A stretch of 64,000 bases of DNA, taken from positions 25,234,001 to 25,298,000 of the forward strand of contig CM119376.1 of assembly GCA_051294905.1 (NCBI GenBank). Reading direction: 5' to 3'. This document shows, piece by piece, positions 9,401 to 22,700 of this stretch. Each line of letters begins with the position of its first letter. The stretch's first letter is position 1. The position numbers and the translations under genes were made by a program. The notes under the pieces are model-generated. The model did not search any database and was not told the origin of the DNA. It was given only the letters and a program-made list of their open reading frames with translations. This stretch comes from Botryllus schlosseri. Its lineage: Eukaryota.

Positions 9401-12400
9401 AGAAGTGTAAGTAATCTAAAAGGCAGAAGTGGCGATTTCCGTGTAAGTGAAAAGTGAGTATTTTCGGCCTAGTTTTGCATAAAAAAAAAAGTGAAAACTG
9501 TCAAGCAAAAGTGAAAGTAGTCCAGAATCATAACCAACTGAGTAAGCAGCTTGACTAGATGACATCTACTGAGTACTTCAAAAAAGTAGAAGTAGCATTT
9601 TCGAGGAATTAAAAAAGGTACGTGGTTTAGGGCTATAGTTTTGCCTAAAAAGGTGAAATCTGTCAAGTAGAAGTGGAAGAAGTCTAAAATCATAACCAAT
9701 TGAGCAAGTAGTGCGAGTAAACGAAACATACTTGAGTACTCCAGATAAGTAGAAGTACTCCGTTAATAACCATATCTTTGAATTGCTAACCGACGTAAGT
9801 TCGCTCTGTCGAATGTTGAAATCATACTTCCGAAAACTTCTGTTTCAGCAAGAGTCCACTTTTTCGAAAGCGAGAAAAATCATCAAAAGCGAGGGCCTGG
9901 GCATGAAGGGCATCAACCGCGGTCTGACGGCCACGCTGGGGCGGCACGGAGTTTGGAACATGGTTTATTTCGGGTTCTACCACTCCATTAAGAAGTACAT
10001 CCCGCAAACAGAGGTGAGTCAAATTGATTCGGCTAATGTGTTTATTTGTTTTGCGTCGAGGTTTTGCTATCCTATTCGTTTTAATCGAATCAAGGTGTTA
10101 CCACGCATAAACGGTGGTCGCCTGATTTCCTGCTCAGCATGGCAACGGCGTGTCGCGCATTAATAACACTTTGTTATTTGAACAGCTTCTTTGAGGTACA
10201 GAACTTCAATATACAATTGAATAGTATATTCATATTAAAATGAACCCGAATATTTTCGGCTGACACTCGTCAGGGGTAATCGTCAGCAACTAGTAGAGAA
10301 TTCGAAAGAACAGCGTATATCAACAATCGTAACACAAAATATGACGTCACCAGCACGAAATGTCGAATACGAGTCAGCTACCAGTGATGTAATTTGATGT
10401 TATCCGGTGTGCGTGCCGTGAACTCGAAGTTCGTAATCGCGCTTTGTAAGATGCGCGGCTTCCGACCCCGTCGTTGAGGTGTGGCTTGAGGTTATGATAA
10501 AATACTGTAACTGCGCAAAATACGGATGGTTCGTAGATATTTGCATTGTTAAAACTGATGGTAGGTGTTGAACCGCGTGACGCTATCATGTAGGCTACGT
10601 GTGTTCACTTCCCGACGGGATCCGTATCGAAATACTTGTACTTATTTGGAGCAATCAAGTAGGAATTGCACAGCGTCTTATGACGCCACAACGGGTCCTA
10701 CGCGTACGCTGTTATCTTCTGAACGCATTCTAGATAACACTATGGTTAACCCGAGACAGATACCTTGGCATTGAGCCCGCACGCTGGAATTCCAATCGCA
10801 AACATTGTAACAGGCGTATTGGTATATTGTGAGTGACAGAGCTGATGATGGATACTATTGGTTTTCCTTGGAAATGTCACCCAGCTTACGTCTTGCCCGC
10901 TGCTGTAAGCTTTGATTTACTTCCCTTGTTCCGTGTTTGGTTCTGTGGCACTCTAGCATGTCGTTGCGGTTCGCGAACAGATGTTGTTTTCATATTTTCC
11001 TTCGCAAGCTTTCGGAAACACTTGTATCGCCGGGGCGAAAGTCTTTTAGCGACGTGTGTAGATACCGCCACGCTGCGCGGACTTTGAATGGTGCCCGCTC
11101 TCGTGGGAAGTCGTTTTGCCAATCACAGATTTCATTTCCTTCTTAGTGCGAGTATTCTGCGTCGCCCAGACCCTTTTGTAGCGCCCATGATAGTAGTATT
11201 CGTATGCCTGCGGTTGCCCTACATTTGAGCATGCGACACTTGAACTTTATTATATTATGACTTTGACTTGAATATTTGACTTTATAACCTCAAAACTAAC
11301 CCTAACCCAGAAATCATCACGTACCCAAACTCTAACTCAAACCATACATGAAATCTAATCCTGACCCAACCCTAACTTAAACCCAACTGCTCAAGTGTCG
11401 CACATGCTATTCGTATGCCCGTATGTCTCGTCTATTTTCTACGGACCATGCGTACATTTGTATCGGTAATCGCACCGGTGTTGCGGCTATACACCCGATG
11501 TATCTACCTTGGTAATTTGTCCAATACAACTTAGTTAGTTTCGTGCAAATGTCCAAGGCACTTACAAGTGTCCGTGCTCGATATTGTTGAGGCCCAACTA
11601 TTGTTGCAGCTGAAATTCTAAAACGTACGGATGTGCAATTGTGCATGTTGTATATAGCATAATTCTTCCTATCATGTTGCGGAGTTGTTGCTTTTAGCTG
11701 CCTTCGCCGTTGAATCACGCTAAGCTATTATTCCGACTTGCAAAGCGAAGGCCATTTCAGAAGACTTGTCAAATCTGCGATATTTCGATTCTGCCCAGCA
11801 GTAATGTTTGCGAAATCCTGTCATTAGCTCCCAACTACACCATATATAAGACTGCACAAGTCGGGCTTGGGCTACCGTGTAACATTCACAACACTGCCTC
11901 GTCGCCATGTGGCATTAACAAGGGCTGGGTATGAGTACTGAAATTATACACTCCGTCATACTAAGAGTTAAAATTTATCAGCGAGAATCACAGTTTCGAT
12001 ACTAATTTTCAGTGTGGCAGATTTGAAACCTCAATCGGTCGTATCGCTTCGTACGTAACGCGTATAGTACAAATCTACGCACTTTCATGGAAATAACGTG
12101 TCTGCGAATTCATGATCGACGCGCGGCATTGTCACTAAGTGCAATGAAATAGGCATATTCGTGAAATACCAAATTATCTTTTATGTGATGTAGAACCGGC
12201 ATGATATTCTTTGCGGTGGCATAAAAGTTACGTATTTGAACTTAATACTTCTTTCATACTTTTATGGCGTTATAATTAGTGATGCTCGACTGGGCCCGAA
12301 GCCCAGCCCATGCAGCCCTATATAGTATTAACGAGTATACCTTAATACGCTGGACGTCGCATTGCTTCATGAAGTGAGTCGACTTCGTGCCACAGACCTC

Positions 12401-13836
12401 CAGTCGTGAGTCACGTCGGCAAAATCTTGTCTTTTGTCCGATCCCGTTAATCACGTCTCGTTGCCACAAGTTACACACCTTGTTGGAAGTATTGACGCCG
12501 GCGGCATGATTTCCTGCGCCCCTAAAACTCTCAGTATCTTACGAGCGACGCGTTGATGACAGAGAGCAATAATGTTGGTACTCTTTTCAGTCGAGAGGCA
12601 AGGAATTCGCTTTCAAGTTATTGAGCGGATTCACAGCTGGCACGCTCGCGTCCACAATTAACATTCCTTACGACGTGGCGAAAAGTCGGATTCAGGGGCC
12701 CCAGCCGGTTCCCGGGCAGATCAAGTATTACTACGCCCACCGCACCATGCTGCTGATTTACAAGGAGGAGGGGTGGGTTTGGATGGCGTCTCGTGCGTCA
12801 CGTGGTTTATGCTGCTAATGCTGATATTTTTCTGTGCAGATTCCGCGCTCTTTTCAAAGGATTAACCCCGAAAGTAATGAGGCTTGGACCGAGTATGTAT
12901 TGTATATATTTACACTTACCTTGTAACTAAGCTTGATATAGACTCGACTATTTGAGCAAATATAATACACGTGATCCGGCATTTTTCTTGAAATGTACGA
13001 AAGAAAATCAAGAAAGTAAATGGCAAATGAATTAGCCGTGTTTTAAATTTGACTGGTATACGAACAGCCCGATCTTGGAGACGGGTTCTCGTGTGGCAGG
13101 GGCTGGCGACCTATTAGACAATCGGGCTAGACATGGCCAATGGGCCATGGGCTAGAAAAAGATATCTAAGGCCGTGGGACGCGCAAAAACTTCTAGTAGC
13201 TGCAGGTCTCACCACGTTAGAAATCGCGCTAAGAGACTTGTAAAGCAGTAGGGAATGGCGCGAAGCAAAAATATCCAGGCAATTGAATTAATTTTGTTAC
13301 AAGTATTCGTGCGCAAAGTCAACATTTGCGTGTTCTCTGGTCCTTTTATTAGATCACCCGAGCTTAACTCAAACTTCCCGTACTGGGCTAAGTGACTAGG
13401 CTATTTCGCGGACCGCACATACTATTGAAAGTTGGTATTTATCCGCGGTACGCAGGTTGCGCAGCCCTGTCGTGTAGCATTCCGCGCGTTGCAGCTCACG
13501 GCCCGACGATTTCTCGCGCCGAGATCGAAGGTCAGACAAAAAAGTGAAATCAGTACTTGCGAAAATTTGATCCGTTCCGATCCATCAGGTTTCTGTTGAT
13601 CGCGGTACGCAGTATAAAGCTTGCTTGAAAATGCAGCGCGCGTCGGAAGGCGAAGAATCCGCGTTCGCATTTCAATCCTGCGAATCGTTCGCACGTTTCC
13701 GACTATGATATCGTTTTTTCTGTTGCTCACTCGCCTCGTCGCCAACATTATACATTGCCATTCATTTTCAGGCGGGGCCATTATGCTGGTTGTGTACGAT
13801 TATTTATCGAGCTATCTCGCTGCAAGATTTCCGTGA
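3480..13836 (+). CDS. SLC25A21: Mitochondrial 2-oxodicarboxylate (oxoadipate) carrier, 308 aa, 10 coding exons
   Basis: join(3480..3570,3642..3690,4945..5028,5125..5191,5959..6018,7365..7475,9849..10013,12591..12772,12840..12892,13772..13836) = 927 nt, all GT-AG and in frame. Three carrier signatures PLDVVK, PFERVK, PYDVAK. ODC-diagnostic GLVEICLMHPLDVVKTR, YKGILPPILAETPKRAVK, GLTATLGRHG, KSRIQGPQPVPG. Confidence 0.96.
7531..7790. repeat. Degenerate tandem repeat, about three units of 90-120 bp, in SLC25A21 intron 6
   Basis: GGAAATGAATGTTTCACT at 7573 and 7691. TAATACTGTATTGAT-like motif at about 7552, 7670 and 7762. Confidence 0.7.
7834..8496. mobile_element. Foldback MITE (near-perfect palindrome, about 315-bp arms, about 31-bp loop), TA-flanked, Tc1/mariner-like
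   Basis: Left (C/T)AGTAGAGCTCTTCAAAAATGAC pairs with right GTCATTTTTGAAGAGCCCTACTG. The arms pair inward to ACGGTGA(8146-8152)/TCACCGT(8184-8190). TA on both sides. Confidence 0.9.
9093..9778. mobile_element. hAT-like non-autonomous element rich in AGTAGAAGT repeats (older copy of the 41710 family)
   Basis: Left CAGATGTGGTCA and right ...AGTAGAAGTACTCCGTTAATAACCATATCT resemble the ends of 41710-43382. Degenerate 8-bp TSD CAAATTGC/TGAATTGC. Confidence 0.7.
11197..11419. mobile_element. Small element with subterminal inverted repeats and degenerate (CCTAAC)n core, Helentron/DINE-like candidate
   Basis: Direct repeat TATTCGTATGCC at 11197 and 11408. Inverted repeat AGCATGCGACACTTGA (11228) / TCAAGTGTCGCACATGCT (11391). 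CTAACCCTAACCC-like units at 11295-11387. Confidence 0.5.
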
Positions 13837-14153
13837 ATTGCAACATCTGCATCCGTGTTTGGACCCGAACCTATTTGCCGGCCGATTGTCTCATGAAGCC
13901 AACGCCACTGGAAGACCGGTGGAATCGTGGAATTACATTGCTTTTATATGTTTCGCGGTACTCGATTTTACTGAATCGTATTTCTGTTTCGCATATCTTC
14001 ATTTCAAATTCGATTGTTGTATATTCTGTCGCTGTGCGATTCAAGTGATCAGCAATTGGGGAAGAATATTTTTCTCACTCATCCTCTCACGGAATCGCCT
14101 TTCCAGGATTTCGTAAGATATTTGAGAAGCGAATCGGTTCCGAACGAAATTAC

Positions 14154-14159
14154 AATAAA
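14154..14159 (+). terminator. Candidate polyadenylation signal of SLC25A21
   Basis: First AATAAA noticed downstream of the stop codon, about 320 nt away. Not verified by transcript data. Confidence 0.45.
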
Positions 14160-16768
14160 TTTCTAATACTCGTTCTTATTCTGAAATTTTACCTGGTGAA
14201 TCTTTATGGGTACCGTGTGGCTGACTCTTTCAAATATTATTGTCATTCACCTATTACATCGCACCATGTCACAACCGATATCTCACAATTAGCCATTCAA
14301 TTGCCATCCGTGCTGAAACGGATGCAATAGATTTGCAATTGTATATTTTCCAAAGTGATCGCAAACTTTTTTGCCAAAAGGCGCGCGAGACAAAACCACT
14401 AAAACCATGAGTTTTGCCTCTGAATCTGCTTTGCATACTGCGTAATGTGTCTTCCGTCTGTGTATTTCGTATTTGAACCATGACACTGCAATCACTGCGT
14501 GTTCTTTTATTTCATCGTCGTATCAATGCAAACTTCAGTGCTTCGTTCATAGGTTTTATGGCTGTGACTCACGGAATTCTCCTTTCAGATTCCCTGTCAT
14601 GTCGAATGCATGCTGCTGCAATTATGTAATTTTCTTCTCGCGTGTATACGTTATGTGGTTGGTCGCGACCAAAACATGCCCTTTTAATCATAGTACTTTA
14701 ATCAAATCAATCCGCTTATGCTTTTGGTGCAATATACTGTTCTTGATATGCTTCGTCTCGATATATTTGTAATTCGTCTTGCTTACTAGTGCGTATGTTT
14801 TCGCCTGGGTCAGATCAGCCGACAAATAAAGACATACGTCAGCTTCTTTCGTGTGTTTGTCTTATCGAACTGTCCTCACAGCTGAATTGCTGGTAGGATC
14901 CCGATCGCTAAGAATAGGCTAAGGTTAGCTACGCTGGATATCCCTCTGAGTTCATTTTCAGCCAGCGAAATACACGGGGAAGTGGGGAACCCGCCCTACC
15001 GCGGTATTATTACAAACGTGTTCATATGCGTAGGCAGTTATAGGCACCAACTAGATATTTTACGCTCACGATGTCAGTCGAATACTCGAACTATTGCCAT
15101 AAATCAAGGAAGGATTCGAACACCTGCGCACATTCGAAAAACAAGTGAACCATTCTAAAACAAAACGATGTCTCGTAATAGGTACAGGATCGCCCTAGTT
15201 AACAATTCTTGAGGATCATATCTGCTTTTAGACTTCGACGTGAAATGAAATGTAGTTGATTAATGATAGTGCCCACTTTTTGTCTCATTTGCTCATTGAC
15301 CGGGCATAAATATATAGAATATAACGACTTCGCTTTTATCACTGTTTGTAGTAGAGTTATACGCATGAACATCGCAGATGTATAGGCTTACGCCATTTTG
15401 CAAAAGATACCATATCTGTAGAAATTTCAATTGCCGCTGAATATTTGTGCCTCAGTCAGTTTTACATACTCTATAGCTCTGCGTAACATGTTGCGTTCTG
15501 TCTGAACTTCGACAGATGGACATATTCTATATTTAATATGCAACTCATTCAATTTCCCCGAAAAATGTTTCATCAGGGTCCTGACTTTTCTATACAATAC
15601 GTATAAATTATGCTGCGGTACATCTTTAATATTTTAGCCCATTGATTGAAATCACACCGAAAAATAAGAAATTTCATTTATTGTAAAAACATGATGGAAT
15701 CGAATCAATACAGTTACGAATCGGACATCAGTAAGTCAGCGAGATAGAGAGAGGGAAAGAGAAATTCCAATTTGCACATTAACCCGGTCTGTGGTGTCTT
15801 ATTGTCATAATGACCAAGGTATAGAAGCAGTCAGTATATGAAAAGTTGTTCGCAGTCTCTCTATGTATTTGTAAAAATTCGCTAAAGACAGGACCAACAT
15901 GTATCTGTTATTTATCGCGATACAAAATATATGATGAGACTTAATTTATAATTCGGTTATCTATTTCAGCAAATAATAACGCAGTTCGTAGAAATAGCTA
16001 GTCCATAGCGAATTCTGGGTACACTTCAAACATACATACAAACATGAAAGTGCACGGTATTGAAAGCGTAGTCTTATATATGCATAATGCATATATACCA
16101 TGTGATTAACACTTTATTCTTAACAACTAGGAGTCGAGCGCCAAGGTAACGTTTTCCTTTATTGTGAAATAGCCTATAGTACTGCTCTACGAGCGGAATA
16201 GTCGTTATTTCAATCGGTTGATATAGCAACTCTTCGTTAAAAAGCTCTAAAACCAAATTCCTCCGAATGTATGGATATTAATTTTATTTAGGTACAGTTA
16301 TGAAGATGGGAACCTCTTTATCACAAAGGAAAAAGAGATGATGTATACTGGCTCATCTTATTTAAATGCAAAGTTGTGAACGTGTGGTATCTGATTGTCT
16401 GCAAATCGCAAGAATGGCTTCTAAAATGAAAGATTTGGATCTTAAAATGCAGTGAAATAATGGCGACTTACGAAACGTCGGGGAAATATAAGAAATATTC
16501 AAAAGAGGCAGCACTAATATAACTATATTTATTTTCGAAAAATGTGACGAAGCACAAGAGTTTATCAGCATTTCTGAGATGCTACGTACGAAACCAGCTC
16601 TGTCATCGCTTTCAGTGCTGCAGTCAGTCCATCATTACATGATCAGTATCTGAACCATGAATTATCGCGCGTGCGTCGTTGACAGGTGTTCTGTCCAAGC
16701 TTCATCGCCAATAACCTAGCCGCTCAGCAGTCATTCGGCCGCAGCTTTGCGTATCCTTGTTCAGTTGC

Positions 16769-19700
16769 TCATGATGCATTAACAGCGGTCATGGCCGAAA
16801 CCGTGGGGTGGGGATGTCCTGGGGATTTCGTCATGCTGACGCACTTGCTTTCGTTGCCTGTAAAAGGAATTGAAGCTACGCATTAACAGTAAGTACATGC
16901 GAAGAGGCCTTTTTAGTGAGTTGCCATCGGAGGTTACAATAGCTACACGATCCGAACACCACTAAATCTTGACCAGCATGCCTTAACCAGCAGGGACGGG
17001 ATATAAATCAACCAAATGACAATTAGAATTAGGTATCTTTTTGGTCTCTACAGGTTCCATAATTTCGCAGTCATCATACTGCGATTCACGTCAGTATCCA
17101 TTTATGCATTTATGCAAACGGACAATGGACATTGGATAATGGACATTGCCCGTACACCACGGTCGATCAAGGTTATACTTTGTAACTGGGCAAAAGTAAT
17201 GCCAAGAGAGAGAGAGAATTATTTTATTCGTCAACCATGAAATATAGTATAGGCATTGTCCACAAACATTCACGTCCAATAATACGCATTTTTTATATTT
17301 TCCTAACTATATTCTACACGGTATAGACCGGGAGACCCGATATGACTGAAGTCTTCTAGGCCGGAGTCACCCAACATATATTTGGCAGTATTAATAACAA
17401 TATGAATCTCCTAGCAATGTTAACGTCTAGGTAAATCAGTCACTTGCTCTGACGAAACCTATACTTATGAAGGCTGATAGCAGGTGTCAGGCTCAAGGCC
17501 CTCCAGAAAAATGTGACCACTGGTCCAGTTAATGCGGTCAGCGGGAGAACAAGTGCTGTGGGAATGAGTTACACAGAATGCCAGCGTGAACTTCATATGC
17601 GTTTCGCAACTCTTGCTCGATATTTTGTTATTATTATCCAAAGATTTACATCATACATTGACAATGGACATTGGACAGTCTGACATGGGAACATATTATA
17701 ATACTAAGCATAAACCATTATATCTCTCGCGCTTGCTTGTCAGTATTAATCAAGTTAGGAACACAGATCACGAGAACGGGGTCAATTGTGACGTATAATT
17801 AGTACAGTGGCTCACTTACCGTGTGATAGACTTCCTTGATATTTTGGATAAATTGACATCTGCTGCGGAGCTAGGCTTTGCGAAGGCATTGATATTGTCT
17901 GAATCGGTGGGTACATCTGGCTCTGGTGTTGGTGAGAAGGTGCAAGAGGCATTGTTAAATGATTGACGGTATTCGGAGAGCTGGAAAAGCTTCGTCCACT
18001 CGTCACAGAGTCATGACGCCAACCATTCATCGATGCGGAATATTGATGCGACATGTAAGAGTGACCGTTTGGATAGGCCGTTGATTGCGGAATGCTTGAC
18101 GGCGGAGGTGAAGCGTAAGTCGTATCGGTATTCTCACTGTAGTTCTGTTGTTGATGATCGTGATTCTAAAAAGATGACATATTTATTTCGTTTATGAACG
18201 AAATCTAATCGAATACAAGCTGAGGCGTGTAGGTTATCTAGAGAGCCTATACTTATTAAATCTTGCCAGGGATATCTAGAACTCTTAGATATCCCTGAAA
18301 TCCTGCGAATAATCACACCTGGTAAAATTGGCAACCGCCCAACACTTGGCAATGGAGTCGACCGTATCGATACTGTAAGTAATCCATATATGCATGGCCA
18401 TAAAATATGGGTAGAGAATACTTACGTTCGGGGACATGGACGGATGATTTTTGTCACCATTCGTAGGAGAAGTCCCGTTTATATTGACGGACGTGGCTTG
18501 TGCTGGTGGCGTTACTCCATACGCTGGGACTTTAGCCCATTCTTCTATTTTGGTGGACATATTGTTTGATATATCATGAGGTCCGGTTACGTCGTTTAGA
18601 TTCCCGTAGTGTCCATCTATGGATTGCAGTGTACCAGTGGAGCTGGGAACTGAAATGGAAATGATACGTTTTAATAAAGTATATAGACTAAATATACCAA
18701 CACAAGTTATGTGGGCATTTCTCTCTCGGAGTAACGGAAAATAGCTCGAGCAGCCAGACGATTAGTTCATCCTGTCGACTGCATATTTGAACCATTCATC
18801 AGAGTGCCTCCTTATTACACCAAAGTGAGGTACTGAAGGAGAGGTCGTACAACTGAATGCATATATCAATCGAGCGAAACCCAAAATCCTCATCCGAAGT
18901 AACCCCGCGTAATTAGCTTGTTTGCCGAGCCTCACCGTCTCGGAATATTCAATCACGTTTCACTTACTCTCTGTGGCATTACCTTCTCAAACTATGCTAG
19001 CCTTGCCAGGGCGAGATATAGCGAAGCACGGAAAATAACACAAAATGAAGTACGAATTCTGTCAAGTAGGTCAAACTAGACTTTGGGAAAGGGGCTGGGT
19101 CCAATAACGCTTTTTCCTAAGTGACCTTATTCAAACAAAATCATTTACTATTCCTGACTGTTTATTCAGCCCCAAAGATCTTCTGCTAATTGGGCAAGAA
19201 ACAGCAGGTGAAAGCAAGGCTCACTGTATTGATTCTGCATGAGCATTCAATGAAGGTTATTTAAGCTGAGACAACTTCGAAAAGAGGGCCATTACGTCAC
19301 CGACTATACTTGACTTGATTTTTCACACATACCATCTGATTACGTTTATATCAATACTATTGTAGTATCGATCCTCTTAGTCCAACTATACCAAAGAACC
19401 ACTGCGATCCGCCAACTCGGTGTCTTAAAAAATGCCTAGAAGTGGGCCGTGCCTCAAATCGGCAGATGTGGAATTGTAATAAAGAATATCGGCCTGGTGT
19501 AAATGAACATTGTGGTTGGAAAACTCCACGAATACCACAAACTACAACAAGTGTGAGACCCAGGCCACTATATACTGGAAATGTGAAAGAATATTTGCGC
19601 TGGGAATTAACAGGTCGTCGCAAAGTACTTCGTTAAATGAACGTTTCTTCTGTTTGTCAATCCTTCTATTTTTAGGAGTGTGTGAAATCGTCATATCAAC

Positions 19701-22700
19701 ACAACTCAAGAAACTTAGTAACCTTCATTAGAGGAACGGCGTAGGCCTTGCACGCTATCCTCGCGCCATTTTGTTCATTTGACATGTCTTAAATTGTAGA
19801 AGTAGGAAGGCCCACTCATATTGCAGTATGGATTCTATCCCACGAAGAAGTGGGAAAGCGCGTTGGAGGTGGAATGAAAAATAAATTTTAACGGGGAAAT
19901 CCTGTTCGACGTAGATGCATGCATGCAAAAGCGTAACGACTAGATCTCTGAATGGAAATGCGTAACCGTATCCAGTGAAGTTAAGTTCTGACAAATTGAA
20001 CCATGAACGGATTAGGTTAAATGAACGCCAAAGTATATCCACGTCCAGCTGTCAGCGCCGACGGTTTCTTACCGATATTCCGCGCTTCGTAACTTTGAAA
20101 ACGTATAGACCCACCGATTTTCTATGGTCAATTGGTTAAGCAGTGTAAAAATTGTCACGGTTGTACCCTTCACTGGACCGAGGTTGTACTACGAACAGGA
20201 GCCTCGTGTTTTGTCCGTTCGGCAAATTCTTCGTTATGCGCATTCAACGTTGCACGGTGAACCACGACTTGTCGGTGCGAACGCTAACATTATACGGATT
20301 TCCGAATGCAACTAACACGTGCATGACGATTTACGCTCATTCACGGTAAACGCATGGTGATGTATGATGACTTGACAGGGCCCGGTTTCTCATGCTCACA
20401 CGTGAACAATATACTGATCAACGGAACATATATCTTTACCTGAAATGTGCGGCTGATCGAACCTCGGGAAACCAAGGATCTCGTTGACCGAGTGGCAATA
20501 CATCGGGTACGGAACCGCTGGGTGCCTGAATGAAGCAGGTCCCGGTACGGACGGAGGCAGTGGATGTGGCTTTGAACCTGGCTGCAGCATGTAGGGAGTA
20601 TACATCGCGGACGCAGCATTGCTGTACACGCCTTGATGATGGACTCCTGGCGGAGGCGACACGTCTTTTATCATATTTTCTTGGCATGATGCCGGATAAT
20701 TTGGGTTCAGTGGATTGTTCGGATGCAGCACATTTCCGATCTTGTTCCGCAGGATTCTGCTGATGGAACTGACGGACGGCACGTTGTACTTGTCGCATAT
20801 GCAATCCGATAACAGCCTGTCTCTAATCTCCCAAGCGAAAATCCCGGGATCGCGGACTTTATAATCCTTGATTGCGTTCACCACCGACGGGGTGGTGACG
20901 CGTGGCTTGCTACCCCCAATGGCGCCCGGTAAGATGGAGCCTGTCTCGTTGTAACGGGCGAGGATTTTGCTGACACAGCCGTGCGAGACGCGAAGTTGTC
21001 GGCTGATGTCGCAAGGTCTGATGCCGAGTTGAGCGAGTTCCACGATACGCAACCGAATGGCGTTTGGAAGCGGGCGTCCGTTCACGAAAACCCCGCCGAG
21101 TTGATTCACTTCACCGAAGGTTTGCTCTGTTCTGCAAACTGTTGTTGCCGAAGAGAAGTCCATGAAAAAGAATGGATATATGTTAATTTAGAAGTAATGA
21201 AATGGATTGTGCATTCAGTATTATTGTTGCCATAACATGAAGTTAAAATAAAGGGCTGGTAATCGTATATTTTGTATCTTTCTACGTGGGTGACTACACA
21301 CGCGACCGCGGTGTGGTGTCAATATACGCGATGAGTAATGTACATATAAGTAAGCCCCCAGTTATACACCCACCAGTGCCTCTTTATCCAGAAAATATCC
21401 GTAAAATGGCGGGCTTCACGTAATAAATATTGTTTCTGATTGTGGTAGCAATTAAGGCGGAATTGAAGCATAATTTGATGTCGTACATCCGAATATTGAC
21501 GGCAAATATACACTATAGCTTGTACTCGTCTAAAGAGCACCGAATTCCCAACTACAAATATAAGATAGCAGGTACCAACACCTCTCCATATCTAATAGAT
21601 AATGTACGAACAACTTATGCGGATTAACCTTGATGCTGGACATGTAATCTTGCTAAGGATGACATAGCTCTTGACGTCATAACACGCGATATATGATCAG
21701 CCGCTGCAGAGCTCCCGAACGCATCAAAATCAGTCAAATGATGACCGGCCGTAGGCGGTATTCCCACACACGAAAGCATATTCATACAAATATATTACTA
21801 TAAGTTTTACTGGTACAGTATACTGCCAGAATTATCCACATTGGATTATCCTCAATTTCGAAATAGTATCTTCGCCATCTGACTTGCAGCCTCTACCTAG
21901 TTCGCATAGTTTGGCCTGAAACCTTTGAATCCGAACCTCGCCATTATTGACAAGCGGTGAACCAGAGTCAATCAAGATGTTTGTTTGTTCGTTATATTTT
22001 TGTGGACACTACGGCTTATTGTTACCCACTTTTTCAATTTTGTCTCACAGTCGTTTCAATCGTCTCTCAATTGATCGCTTTCCTATACGATTGCCCTATT
22101 TGATATAGACAATGCGGAAAATAGGTGAGATTTCTGAAAGCCATATCGCCACTATTCTTTGGAGTTATCAGATCATAGATTAGTTACTAATATTGTTTTA
22201 TTAAACTGTATAGGTTACATTTTATAGATGTATATTTTTGATCTGCCTGTTCAGAATTTCGGTACGCACCTAACGTACAATCGATATCGCGGCCCTTTCA
22301 AACGGTAACTGCGGTTAGCTGCATTGGTCTTGGAATTTTCTTTGCATCCGTACAATCCAAATTCAAACCAATGAGGAAGCGATCCATCTGCGATTGCTTG
22401 AACGCAAATTCATTGCTGCCAGTTATACTTCTATTGATGTTGCAAAATTGGAATTTTACATAGGTGGTTGATTCGAATTGATCGGGTGCTATTGGTAGTT
22501 TGCATTCACAAAAACAGCGCAATAAGAATAAATTAAATTTCGCAGAGTAAACCCTTTAAATACCCTTAAATATCCGTCGCTTGTATCATTGTAAGTTGTT
22601 GCTAATTGTGCATGTTCGGGGATTACACCCCAAGTGATTGTGTACGCCTTCCCTGCTGGCAGCAGTTATATCAGTAGAAAGCGGTATACGAGTAATGCTA

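Noticed and set aside
15100-15135. GGATTCGAAC B-box-like motif suggesting a tRNA or SINE
   Set aside because: No cloverleaf, A box or second copy seen. No tRNA, rRNA or snRNA gene could be supported anywhere in the window.
20436-20804. Overlapping ORFs around the paired-box exon (122 aa minus, 77 aa plus, 84 aa plus at 20981)
   Set aside because: Alternative-frame or antisense shadows of GC-richer Pax1/9 coding sequence.
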